64,000 nt of DNA from Candidatus Omnitrophota bacterium (GTDB lineage: Bacteria; Omnitrophota; Gorgyraeia; Zapsychrales; Fredricksoniimonadaceae), in assembly GCA_903860135.1 (NCBI GenBank), contig CAIOPG010000009.1, positions 111,805 to 175,804 of the forward strand, in the 5' to 3' direction. Under the pieces are notes generated by a model that was given only the letters and a program-made list of their open reading frames with translations, did no database searches and was not told the DNA's origin. Below, one piece after another: positions 40,602-49,398 of this stretch. The translations under genes and the position numbers were made by a program. Every line of letters starts with the position of its first letter. Position 1 is the stretch's first letter.

Positions 40602-41583
40602 GTTCCTCCAAGAATAATAACAAAAAGATCATAAGAATACTGACCACAACAACGATTAACGCCATAGACCAAGCCAAAGGAACAGTAAAAGATCTATAAA
40701 GATATATCCCGAGAATGGAAAACAACCCTGCCATAGCAGACATACCCAATAAAACTTGCTGACGGGTGAACCCACGCCCAAGGAATCTTAACGCCAGATG
40801 ATCATCACTTTTTTGCAGTGGATTAATCTTTTTTCTTAATCGAAAAAAAACAAGGCAAACTGTTTCAAACACAGGCAACCAAAGGATCATCAAGACACTA
40901 AACCCCATGGCCATACTCGGGACATCCCCCAGAAGCGTCAGCGTCAATGCTGCCAGAATAAACCCCAAACAATGACTCCCGGCATTGCCCAGATATATTT
41001 TTGCAGGGGGAAAATTTAGGAAAAGGAAACCTAAAATAGCAGGCACAAGTACACATGCTATTACGGCAACATCCCGGCAGTCTGTCATGGCAGCGATACA
41101 GCCAACTGTTACAACAGCCAATAATGTAATGACGGAACAAACCCCATCACTGACGTCCAAGAGATTAAAAGCATTGGTTAATCCAACGATCCATAATAAA
41201 TTCAGGATGAAACTACCCGGATCACCGATCACAGGAAGATGAATGCCTATGCCACAAAAAAGCAAACCTAAAGCACACATGATCTGCCACAAGAACTTCT
41301 GCAAAATAGAAGCTGATTTCCAGTCATCACAAACACCAAATATCAAAATGATCAGAGACCAGAAAGAAATGCTGATGATGCGTTCATATGGATAAGTAAC
41401 AAACAAGAATATCTTATTAAAGAATAAGGTCAGAAGAAGTATTGCCACAATTGCAATACCCCCCACTAAAGGGATACCCCCATCGAGAAGGATATTTCGG
41501 TCTTTTGAAATATTACCTAACATTTTCGATAGAAGAAAAGATAAACATAAAATGATAATGAAAGAAATTAGTGGGAAGGACAT
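40591..41583 (-). CDS. MraY/WecA-family polyprenyl-phosphate HexNAc-1-phosphate transferase
   Basis: PLVGG, GVCDDW, NAFNLLDVSDG, NFPPAKIYLGNAGS, DHL. Confidence 0.85.
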   Translation of the reverse strand: MSFPLISFIIILCLSFLLSKMLGNISKDRNILLDGGIPLVGGIAIVAILLLTLFFNKIFLFVTYPYERIISISFWSLIILIFGVCDDWKSASILQKFLWQIMCALGLLFCGIGIHLPVIGDPGSFILNLLWIVGLTNAFNLLDVSDGVCSVITLLAVVTVGCIAAMTDCRDVAVIACVLVPAILGFLFLNFPPAKIYLGNAGSHCLGFILAALTLTLLGDVPSMAMGFSVLMILWLPVFETVCLVFFRLRKKINPLQKSDDHLALRFLGRGFTRQQVLLGMSAMAGLFSILGIYLYRSFTVPLAWSMALIVVVVSILMIFLLLFLEEHGA

Positions 41584-42734
41584 TCCGTCATCCGTAGCAG
41601 ACCTTGAAGATAAACTTGCTCGATGGATCGCGATGTTCCTTCGATGGAGAACTCCTCGGACATAACCTTTAAATTAGCGTTTATCGCTAGTCGTTGCCTG
41701 ATCGCCGTATTCTTAAGCAAGAAAGCAACTTTAGCTGTCATTGCTGGATAGTTCCCCGGTTCAACCAATTCACCAGTCTCTCCAGGTATAATGACATCAC
41801 CAACGCCGCCTGTATCAGTCGCTATAACCGCAATGTTCGCAGCCATGGCCTCCAGAACAACCACCGGAAGTCCCTCGTACAACGATGTCAATATAAAAAC
41901 ATCCATAATACTGAGAATATCAGGGATATCATCTCTCCAGCCAGTCAATATTACATCAGAGACGAGATCATTGTCATGCAAAAAAGAATTAATCTTAACT
42001 TTAAATACACCATCCCCAACCATAAGAAACTTCACCTCCGGGATTGTCTGCTTCAACTCTTTAGCCATACGCAAGAAAGACAACGGATCTTTCTGCGGCT
42101 TCCAGCAAGCAACCGTACCAACGATCTGACAATCAGGGGATATCCCGAGTCTTGTTCGTATCATCCTGTTTGAGGCAACAGGACGTTGATAATCATTGAA
42201 GCGAATGCCACATCGGATAAGAACGTAAGCATCTAATGGCTTTATGGCCAATTTAAGCCCACGCGCTTGATCCATCGATGCCACAACGATCAAAACATGC
42301 GTGAAGCGTGCGCAGAGCCGCTCGAGTGCTACAGCAATCCAATAAGCATATTTGGACTGATAACTATTAAAACTCCAACCATGAACCGTATGCACAATAA
42401 ATTTTACTCCGGCTAACCGTGCGGCTATACGACCAATAACACCAGCTTTTGAACTATGTGTATGCACGATCTCGAACCTGTTTTTCTTAATAAAGAAATA
42501 AAGATCGATCAGAGCCAAAATATCTTTAAACGGGGAAAAGTCCCTGTCTAGGAAAGAAGAAAAAAACACCCGTACACCGGGTAATGAGCAAAAGCTTTCG
42601 GCAAGATAACCATTTTTTGCTGTATAGAGATTGAGCTCAAAAAGCGTTTTATCAATATTTTCTAATAATGATAAAACATGCTTTTGGGCGCCGCCTAATT
42701 CAGGTTTGGTCAGCACAAAGAGTACCCGAATCAT
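41568..42734 (-). CDS. GT4 glycosyltransferase
   Basis: GGAQKH, HTHSSKAG, HTVHG, EGLPVVVLEAMA; GGAG RBS before ATG 42734. Confidence 0.92.
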   Translation of the reverse strand: MIRVLFVLTKPELGGAQKHVLSLLENIDKTLFELNLYTAKNGYLAESFCSLPGVRVFFSSFLDRDFSPFKDILALIDLYFFIKKNRFEIVHTHSSKAGVIGRIAARLAGVKFIVHTVHGWSFNSYQSKYAYWIAVALERLCARFTHVLIVVASMDQARGLKLAIKPLDAYVLIRCGIRFNDYQRPVASNRMIRTRLGISPDCQIVGTVACWKPQKDPLSFLRMAKELKQTIPEVKFLMVGDGVFKVKINSFLHDNDLVSDVILTGWRDDIPDILSIMDVFILTSLYEGLPVVVLEAMAANIAVIATDTGGVGDVIIPGETGELVEPGNYPAMTAKVAFLLKNTAIRQRLAINANLKVMSEEFSIEGTSRSIEQVYLQGLLRMTECPSH

Positions 42735-42797
42735 TGACACTAACTCCAAAAAAAATAAATAAAATGGTAAAAGATTATATGATGATACAATTAAAAA

Positions 42798-43967
42798 ATG
42801 ATTTATGCACTTGCTATCTTCATCTTCTTGCGTCCTTTTATTTGCTCCCCTGCATTTCCAAAAATCAACTTGTTCTACGCTATAGCTTTATTTATTTTTC
42901 TTTTAATATGGATACTCCTGAAAAAACCAAGACTGCCGGAGAAAAATATTTTTGGCGGCATCATGGCTTTTTCCGGCAGTCTTGCCATAGCGGCAATCCT
43001 TACAAAGTCACCCACATCAATGCTGATGAACGTGTTGCAATATATGAGTGGTATCCTGCTTTTTTTAATCTGCCGCGTGATGCCTTATGCTCAAACGGAT
43101 AAAATACTTCAAACCATCATCGCCTCCGGCATAACCATTTGTCTCCTAGGATTACATCAATTCTTTTTTGATTTCCCGGGCACACTCCATTATCTGAATA
43201 ATCCTCAGGTCGTTGATCCTTTGGTTACACAATTTATCCAACAAAAACGTGTCTATTCAGTCCTGATAACACCCAATACGCTTGGTGCCTACCTGATCAT
43301 GCTTTTGCCACTGTTTTTATTTCTAAGGAACAAAATATGGTTATTGCCACTGGGAGGAGTTCTGATCCTGACAAAGTCGATCGGCACTTTTTTGACACTA
43401 CTTATTACTTTCCCGTTCTATGCCTATCAACGCCGACTTTCTAATCTTTCTATCTTTTTTCTATTCTTGGGGGTCATCCTCACAAGCATAGGTATCATCT
43501 GGTGGCGTTCATCTACTCCCACACACGATTTTAATCCCGGCTTCTCTTTGGATATGCGCTGGCAATACTGGAAAGAAACCTGGGCTATTATAAAACTTCA
43601 CCCGATCACCGGCATAGGACTCGGGAATTTCAATCTCCCTGATGCCCGTTACACACACAATCTTTTTCTTCAACTTTGGGCCGAAACAGGCATCGCCGGA
43701 ATGCTTTCTTTCATATACTTGATAAGCCTGCTCCTACATAAAGCATGGCAAACCATGAATACGACTTTATCCCCCCAACGTCCCACAGCCCTCTTTTTTG
43801 CTGTTACTGTTTTTCTCGTGCACAATATGATTGATTTTTCATTCTTTCTTCCGGAAGTTTCCCTGATATGGTGTGTTCTCCTAGGGCTTGCCTGCAACCC
43901 CTCTGCCCCACCAGACGTTGCCTCCATGCCCGTTGGAAACAACTCAAATCAGACCAAAAGCCTCTGA
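42798..43967 (+). CDS. O-antigen ligase/polymerase (Wzy_C/WaaL-like) membrane protein
   Basis: PNTLG, LTKS, HPITGIGLGNF, HNLFLQLWAETG motifs. Confidence 0.82.
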   Translation: MIYALAIFIFLRPFICSPAFPKINLFYAIALFIFLLIWILLKKPRLPEKNIFGGIMAFSGSLAIAAILTKSPTSMLMNVLQYMSGILLFLICRVMPYAQTDKILQTIIASGITICLLGLHQFFFDFPGTLHYLNNPQVVDPLVTQFIQQKRVYSVLITPNTLGAYLIMLLPLFLFLRNKIWLLPLGGVLILTKSIGTFLTLLITFPFYAYQRRLSNLSIFFLFLGVILTSIGIIWWRSSTPTHDFNPGFSLDMRWQYWKETWAIIKLHPITGIGLGNFNLPDARYTHNLFLQLWAETGIAGMLSFIYLISLLLHKAWQTMNTTLSPQRPTALFFAVTVFLVHNMIDFSFFLPEVSLIWCVLLGLACNPSAPPDVASMPVGNNSNQTKSL

Positions 43968-44835
43968 ACACCCTCTGACGGAAAATCACGACATATCCCC
44001 AGGCCAATATGTCATAACCCACGACAGGTATCAGACAAATAAATAACCGCCACCAGGCTTCATTCTTGATAAGCACAAGGTAACGATTCCTGAGTAAAAG
44101 AATATTCAATTCATCATTGAGGTATCGCCGTGCCAGTGGCAAGACACGCTCATTATTCTGACGCACCGTGCCGCCACGCACATGAAAAGCAACAGCTTTG
44201 GCAACATAATAGGCCGACCAGCCACGCCGCTGACCTCGCCAGGAAATATCAATATCCTCAAAGAATATCCGGAAGTCCGGATCAAACCAGTTTCCCCCTT
44301 CGCGAACATCATCTAGCATCTTGCGCCGGAAAAGAGCCGCCGCGCAATTCACCGCAAAAACATACCCGGAACAATTAAACTGCCCGTGATCCTGTTCCCC
44401 GTAACCCCGCTCTCTGGGTGTACGCCACAAGGTTAAGCTCATTCCGGTACTATCGACTGTCTTGGCATCCAGACGAAGGATCTTGCCCGTAACCATCCCA
44501 ACCCTGGCAGAAACCTTAAACCCTTCCAAGGCTTCGCTCAAGAAAGAAGGCTCAAGGCAAACATCATCATTTAAACATAAAACGTACTCTCCCCGGGATT
44601 GAGCGATCCCCTGATTCAAGGCCTCGCAATACATCAGATTCCTGCTCGCAGAAATAATTTTAACCGAAGGATATTGAAAAGATACTCTGGCACGGACCGC
44701 TGCAGCTAACGAATTATCAATAACAATGATCTCAACATGAGCATACGTTTGGAGGGCTATGGTCTGCAAGCAAGATAAGAAATAATCATTGACCCCACAG
44801 GTCACCATCACGATGCTGACAACATCATCTTTCAT
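43804..44835 (-). CDS. GT2 glycosyltransferase (rhamnosyltransferase-like)
   Basis: VIDNS, LNQGI, CLNDDV, FFEDIDISWR, RNR; 3' end overlaps the convergent gene. Confidence 0.88.
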   Translation of the reverse strand: MKDDVVSIVMVTCGVNDYFLSCLQTIALQTYAHVEIIVIDNSLAAAVRARVSFQYPSVKIISASRNLMYCEALNQGIAQSRGEYVLCLNDDVCLEPSFLSEALEGFKVSARVGMVTGKILRLDAKTVDSTGMSLTLWRTPRERGYGEQDHGQFNCSGYVFAVNCAAALFRRKMLDDVREGGNWFDPDFRIFFEDIDISWRGQRRGWSAYYVAKAVAFHVRGGTVRQNNERVLPLARRYLNDELNILLLRNRYLVLIKNEAWWRLFICLIPVVGYDILAWGYVVIFRQRVFRGFWSDLSCFQRAWRQRLVGQRGCRQALGEHTISGKLPEERMKNQSYCAREKQ

Positions 44836-45047
44836 TGGCGTTTCCTACCTTTTGAATAGAATGAAAATATTGCGTGTCTTTAAGACCAGGCGACGGGACA
44901 ACATCCCCGTAAAAAGTGGCTTTAAGAAATCGTGAGTTCACATTATGCTCTAAAAACAAGCTCTGAATATATAAAAACGACAATATACACTGACGTCGAA
45001 CAACGGACCTTAACGCCTTTCGATAGATACCTCACGAATTAGAAAGA

Positions 45048-45131
45048 TCAGAACCTATGAAACGGACAGAACCAAATGCAAACACCGATCAAAACAATAA
45101 CACCTAAAATAACTGCAAATGTCTTACTCAT
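45048..45131 (-). CDS. Small membrane peptide (27 aa) with CxxxCPxH, unannotated
   Basis: Manual translation MSKTFAVILGVIVLIGVCIWFCPFHRF; AAGGAGG RBS. Confidence 0.5.
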   Translation of the reverse strand: MSKTFAVILGVIVLIGVCIWFCPFHRF

Positions 45132-45186
45132 GTGAATCCTCCTTGTTTAGCAAACAATAAACCTCACAAAACGTCCCCAATGCTTG

Positions 45187-45552
45187 TTAGTGACAATCGT
45201 GATGAGCACAGGCATTCTGAACAGATATCTCCTCAAGCTTGCCACTGGCAAACTGGACCGCAACATCAGCAACCGTCCCGGAAATTGCCCGATAAACCTT
45301 GATCCCTCCCTGATTCAACTTCTGGATCGCGCCAGAACCTGCACCACCTGTCACAACTGCATTCACGCTCTTCCCGGCAATCGCCGCCATCGGCTGGCAC
45401 ATCCCGTGCGCATGGTGCTGGTTGGCATTGGTAATGATCTCAACAGAGCCGTTGTCTGTGTCGTAAATCGTGAAGAATGGCGCACTGCCAAAATGACCAA
45501 AAACCGTTGCTTCTTTACCTTTGTTCGTTTCTGTGGGGATACAAATCTTCAT
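45187..45552 (-). CDS. NifB/NifX-family (FeMo-cofactor biosynthesis domain) protein
   Basis: MKICIP, HFGSAPFF, HxHGxC, GGAGSGA, C-terminal CAHHDCH; ATGA overlap with upstream gene. Confidence 0.85.
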   Translation of the reverse strand: MKICIPTETNKGKEATVFGHFGSAPFFTIYDTDNGSVEIITNANQHHAHGMCQPMAAIAGKSVNAVVTGGAGSGAIQKLNQGGIKVYRAISGTVADVAVQFASGKLEEISVQNACAHHDCH

Positions 45553-45872
45553 TTCTCGACTTCTTTTGTTTGTTGGTTTAATTTCTTGGCGAATCTGGGA
45601 CAATTTATACGAAGCGCTTTCCCTCTAATAAGTGCTTCAGCAATCTTGGCATGAGCACGATTGATAATGTTGCCAAATGTCGGGCGTGAAATACCCATTT
45701 GTACCGCCGCCTCTTCTTGATATTTTCCTTCAAGATCAGCAAGACGCACCGCTTCCATCTCATCCACCTCAAGGACGATCTCGGATAGTTCTGTCATGGG
45801 AATACCGCGTGGCTTAAAGTAAGCCGTCTTCAGATCAAGACACACGGTTCTTTTCTTATAAGGTCTTGGCAT
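45549..45872 (-). CDS. DUF134-family HTH protein
   Basis: MPRP, FKPRGIP, EAVRLADLEG, QEEAA..MGISRPTF. Confidence 0.9.
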   Translation of the reverse strand: MPRPYKKRTVCLDLKTAYFKPRGIPMTELSEIVLEVDEMEAVRLADLEGKYQEEAAVQMGISRPTFGNIINRAHAKIAEALIRGKALRINCPRFAKKLNQQTKEVEK

Positions 45873-45890
45873 GATTACCTCTTAACTTTC

Positions 45891-45912
45891 ATTATTAGCA
45901 TATGTCAATAAT
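45891..45912. promoter_or_regulatory. Palindromic operator upstream of the DUF134 operon
   Basis: ATTATTagCATATGtcAATAAT (18 of 22 positions symmetric); TTGACA on the minus strand at 45930-45935. Confidence 0.5.
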
Positions 45913-46059
45913 AACAGCAAAAAAATATATGTCAATTACTCATACTAAACGGAACATGTTTAGCGGGGCTTCGGGTCGGCCACTCGCCCCGCCTATAGGA
46001 CGCTCCTATTCGTCGCGTCCAGCGGAGCTCAAGTTCGAATCCATGCCTCAAAGAAAATT

Positions 46060-46088
46060 AAAAAGCCCCCGCTGTGCGGAGGCTTTTT
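46060..46088 (-). terminator. Rho-independent terminator after tRNA-Tyr
   Basis: Minus strand GCCTCCGC-ACA-GCGGGGGC followed by TTTTT. Confidence 0.8.
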
Positions 46089-46092
46089 ATAA

Positions 46093-46178
46093 TGGTGGGC
46101 AGGCATGGATTCGAACCATGGAAGAGCAAGCTCAACAGATTTACAGTCTGTCCCCTTTGGCCACTTGGGTACCTACCC
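46093..46178 (-). tRNA. tRNA-Tyr(GTA)
   Basis: GGGTAGG acceptor stem, ACAGA-CTGTAAA-TCTGT anticodon arm, long variable arm, GTTCGAATC, encoded CCA. Confidence 0.95.
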
Positions 46179-46193
46179 TTGAAACATAAATAA

Positions 46194-46266
46194 AGCCGAC
46201 GAGAGGTTTCGAACCCCCGACCTGCTGATTACAAATCAGCTGCTCTACCAGCTGAGCTACATCGGC
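46194..46266 (-). tRNA. tRNA-Thr(TGT)
   Basis: GCCGATGTAGCTCAG..GCTGA-TTTGTAA-TCAGC..GTTCGAAAC..CGTCGGC; CCA not encoded. Confidence 0.95.
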
Positions 46267-46291
46267 GTAAAATATCTAACCAGCGGCGCGT

Positions 46292-46320
46292 ATATTAGCA
46301 AAAGGTGTAATTGATGTAAA
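46292..46320 (-). promoter_or_regulatory. tRNA operon promoter
   Basis: TTTACA-17 nt-TAATAT followed by GC-rich discriminator CGCGCCGC. Confidence 0.6.
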
Positions 46321-46371
46321 GAGAGAATGTTGCTTTGTGGTTTTTTTATTATTTTTTGGTATCATAGGGGC

Positions 46372-48051
46372 ATGCTTGAAACATTGACTGTTAAAAATTT
46401 CGGGATCATTGAAGCCGTTGCCATTGAATTGACCCCCGGTCTTAATATCCTCACCGGCGAAACCGGTGCCGGGAAGTCCATCCTCATCGATGCCCTGCGC
46501 TTCTGCCTCGGCGAACGGTTCCAAACAAGTTACCTGCGCGATGACGGAGTCCCCTGCACGGTTGAAGCGGTATTTGCACTCTCACCGGATCTATGGAAGA
46601 AGATCGAAGGCCTGCACGACTTTCAGTCCGACGATGCCACCCTGGTCATCCAGCGCACCGTTACACACGATGGCAAAAACCGTATCCGGGTCAACGGCCT
46701 TACAGCTTCTGTCTCCCAGCTAAAAGAGATCGGTGATGCCCTCATTGATTTCCATGGTCCCCATGACCACCAGCAGCTTTTGGCCGAACAGCATCATCTG
46801 GAGATCATCGATTCCCTGACCAGCCTCGATGCGGTTCAAACGGAATATGCAACCATCTATCATACGTTCTGCCATATCAGGACCCAAATAGAAGAACTCA
46901 AGGCCATGGCTCAAAGCCGCGAACGCGACCTGCACCTGCTCGATCACCAGATCAAGGAACTCGAACAAGTCCCGCTCGATGAAGCGGTGCATGAAGAAAT
47001 TGCCCGCAGCCGGATCAAGATCTCCAATGCCCAGAAACTGCATGAAAATATCAGCCAGGCCATGGCGATCCTTGAAGACGAAGACGCCGGCATAGCACTC
47101 ATGCTCGGACGTACCTTCAAGCCCCTGCAGGCCCTTGCGGCCATTGATGAAAACGCAGCAAAATTTTTGAATCAACTTTCAGCTGTCCAGGATCAGGCCG
47201 CTGAATTGTCTGCGGCCTTGCGGGACTATGCTGATTCTCTGCTGTTTGATCGTGCGGCGGCACAACGTGTGCATGAACAGTTCGACGCTTATCAGGATAT
47301 CCTGCGCAAATATGGGCCCTTGATGGAAGATGCCCGTCGCACCTACGCTGAAATCAGTCAAAAATTCGCCCTGCTCAATGATTTCGAACACCACGCCGGC
47401 ACGCTCGACAAAGACTTGAATGCCCACGAAGCGGATCTCACCCGCCTGGCTAAGAACATGTCCCAGCGGCGCAAGAAAACAGCTGATGCCCTTAAGAAGA
47501 CCATCGAGCAGGAATTGCACGAACTGGGTTTTAAAGCCATCGCCTTTGAAGCCCGCTTTGAAAAGAAGCCGCTCGCGCCCGACGGGTCCGACAAAATTGT
47601 TTTCTATATCAGCACAAATGCCGGTGAAGGCCTGAAACCACTTGCCGCGATCGTTTCATCTGGTGAGGCCGCGCGCATCATGCTCGCCATCAAGCGTGCC
47701 CTGATGATAGCCGACCCGGTGCCAGTCCTGATCTTTGACGAGATCGACGCCCAGATCGGCGGCCGCCTGGGAACGGTCATCGGAACCAAGCTCAAGGAGA
47801 TCGCCACGCACCGCCAGGTTATTCTGATCACCCATTTGCCCCAGATCGCGGCATTCGCCCAGACACATTTTAAGATCACCAAGCACGTCGATCAAGGACG
47901 GACCCGCACGGCAGTCGCGGCGATTGCGGGACAAATGCGCGTGGATGAGCTGGCGCACATGATGGCTGGCGACAAGATGACCGCCGCCGCCATCAAGCAT
48001 GCCCGGGAAATGCTCAAGGATGCCGCATCACACGCCGCATCCAACCAGTAG
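46372..48051 (+). CDS. recN: DNA repair protein RecN
   Basis: TGETGAGKS, HGPHDHQ, SSGEAAR, IFDEIDA, ITHLPQIAA. Confidence 0.95.
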   Translation: MLETLTVKNFGIIEAVAIELTPGLNILTGETGAGKSILIDALRFCLGERFQTSYLRDDGVPCTVEAVFALSPDLWKKIEGLHDFQSDDATLVIQRTVTHDGKNRIRVNGLTASVSQLKEIGDALIDFHGPHDHQQLLAEQHHLEIIDSLTSLDAVQTEYATIYHTFCHIRTQIEELKAMAQSRERDLHLLDHQIKELEQVPLDEAVHEEIARSRIKISNAQKLHENISQAMAILEDEDAGIALMLGRTFKPLQALAAIDENAAKFLNQLSAVQDQAAELSAALRDYADSLLFDRAAAQRVHEQFDAYQDILRKYGPLMEDARRTYAEISQKFALLNDFEHHAGTLDKDLNAHEADLTRLAKNMSQRRKKTADALKKTIEQELHELGFKAIAFEARFEKKPLAPDGSDKIVFYISTNAGEGLKPLAAIVSSGEAARIMLAIKRALMIADPVPVLIFDEIDAQIGGRLGTVIGTKLKEIATHRQVILITHLPQIAAFAQTHFKITKHVDQGRTRTAVAAIAGQMRVDELAHMMAGDKMTAAAIKHAREMLKDAASHAASNQ

Positions 48052-48142
48052 AAAAATCCCTTGCCCGCTGATTTAGCCCGTGATAATTTAGCATCTTCAT
48101 TTGAAACATGGTCATTCCAATCAACCCACAGGAGTTCATGAT

Positions 48143-49348
48143 ATGAAAAAGATCGGTATCCTTACTTCCGGCGGCGACTGCGGCGGCCTCAATGGCGTTG
48201 TCAAGGGCGCGGCTCAAATGGCCAATAGCCTCGGCATCACGCCTTACGTTGTCCCCAACGGCTACGCAGGCCTCTACAATCTCGTTGAAATGGATTCCCT
48301 GACAGCATTGACACCCGAGCGCGCCGACAGGATCGACGCCAACCTCGCCGGCTCTGAAGCCGGGCATTCCCGTGTCAAGGTCAAGAAGATCGAAGACCCC
48401 AGGAAATACGAACGCATCAAGGAAGGCATGAAGAAATTCGGGATCGACGGTCTTGTTATTTCCGGCGGCGACGATTCAGGTTCTGTGATGGTCGACCTTT
48501 ACGAGCAGGGCATCAAGTGCGTCCACGCCCCCAAGACCATGGACCTCGACCTCCAGACCTACTCTGTTGGCGGCGATTCCACGGTCAACAAGATCGCGAC
48601 CTATGTGGAAGAACTAAAGACAACCGCCCTCACCCACAACCGCATCATGGTGTTGGAAGTGTTCGGTCGTTACGCCGGTCATACAGCGTTTCGTGGTGGA
48701 GTTGCGGCAGATGCGGATGCCATTTTGATCCCTGAAATTCCTTCGGATTTTGATATCGTCTACAACCACATGAAAGCGCGATATTTCGGCCGCATCTTAA
48801 AGAACGATGTTTTGGCCGGGCAATACATGGTCGTTGTCGCGGAAGGTTTAAAGACCGCCGACGGATCCGAGATCTACGATGAATCTGCCGGGATGGATTC
48901 TTTCGGCCACAAGAAACTCGCCGGCGCCGCCAAATACGCTTGCCAGGAGCTTACCAAACGCCTCAAAGCCGATCCGGAAATCAAAGGTCTCATGAAACAA
49001 GCGCATATGTATGTAGAAAAAATGAATGAGATCCCCGAAGTGCGTTCCGTTGTCCCGGGCCATCTGGTTCGTTGCGGGCACTCCTCCGCTTTTGACGTCT
49101 GCTTCGGTAAAGAAGCCGGTGCCGCGGCGGTGATGCTCCTTCAACAAGGTATCGTGGGCGTCACCATTGTAGGGATCGACGGGGCACAGGTGCGCTACAT
49201 GGAATCCAAGAAAGCCATCGTACAGCGTCACGTCGACCTCGATCAGGTCTCTGTCTATGAACAAATGGGTGTCTGCTTCGGACGGCCTGTAAATGCTTAT
49301 ACGCCTAAATTCGAAAAAGCTGAAGGCAGGATCGCGCGTCACATGTAA
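48143..49348 (+). CDS. pfkA: 6-phosphofructokinase, probably pyrophosphate-dependent
   Basis: LTSGGDCGG, GGDDS (Asp typical of PPi-type), PKTMDLD, EVFGRYAG; GGAG RBS. Confidence 0.88.
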   Translation: MKKIGILTSGGDCGGLNGVVKGAAQMANSLGITPYVVPNGYAGLYNLVEMDSLTALTPERADRIDANLAGSEAGHSRVKVKKIEDPRKYERIKEGMKKFGIDGLVISGGDDSGSVMVDLYEQGIKCVHAPKTMDLDLQTYSVGGDSTVNKIATYVEELKTTALTHNRIMVLEVFGRYAGHTAFRGGVAADADAILIPEIPSDFDIVYNHMKARYFGRILKNDVLAGQYMVVVAEGLKTADGSEIYDESAGMDSFGHKKLAGAAKYACQELTKRLKADPEIKGLMKQAHMYVEKMNEIPEVRSVVPGHLVRCGHSSAFDVCFGKEAGAAAVMLLQQGIVGVTIVGIDGAQVRYMESKKAIVQRHVDLDQVSVYEQMGVCFGRPVNAYTPKFEKAEGRIARHM

Positions 49349-49368
49349 GCGGTAAATTAATATTCAAT

Positions 49369-49398
49369 AAAAAACCCGGCCTAACCACCGGGTTTTTT
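49369..49398. terminator. Bidirectional intrinsic terminator
   Basis: AAAAAACCCGG-loop-CCGGGTTTTTT between convergent genes. Confidence 0.85.

Noticed and set aside
45048-45050. Selenocysteine read-through of the small peptide's TGA
   Set aside because: An in-frame TAA follows two codons later.
45187-45552. Nitrogen fixation
   Set aside because: NifX-like domains with DUF134 occur widely outside diazotrophs; no nifHDK here.
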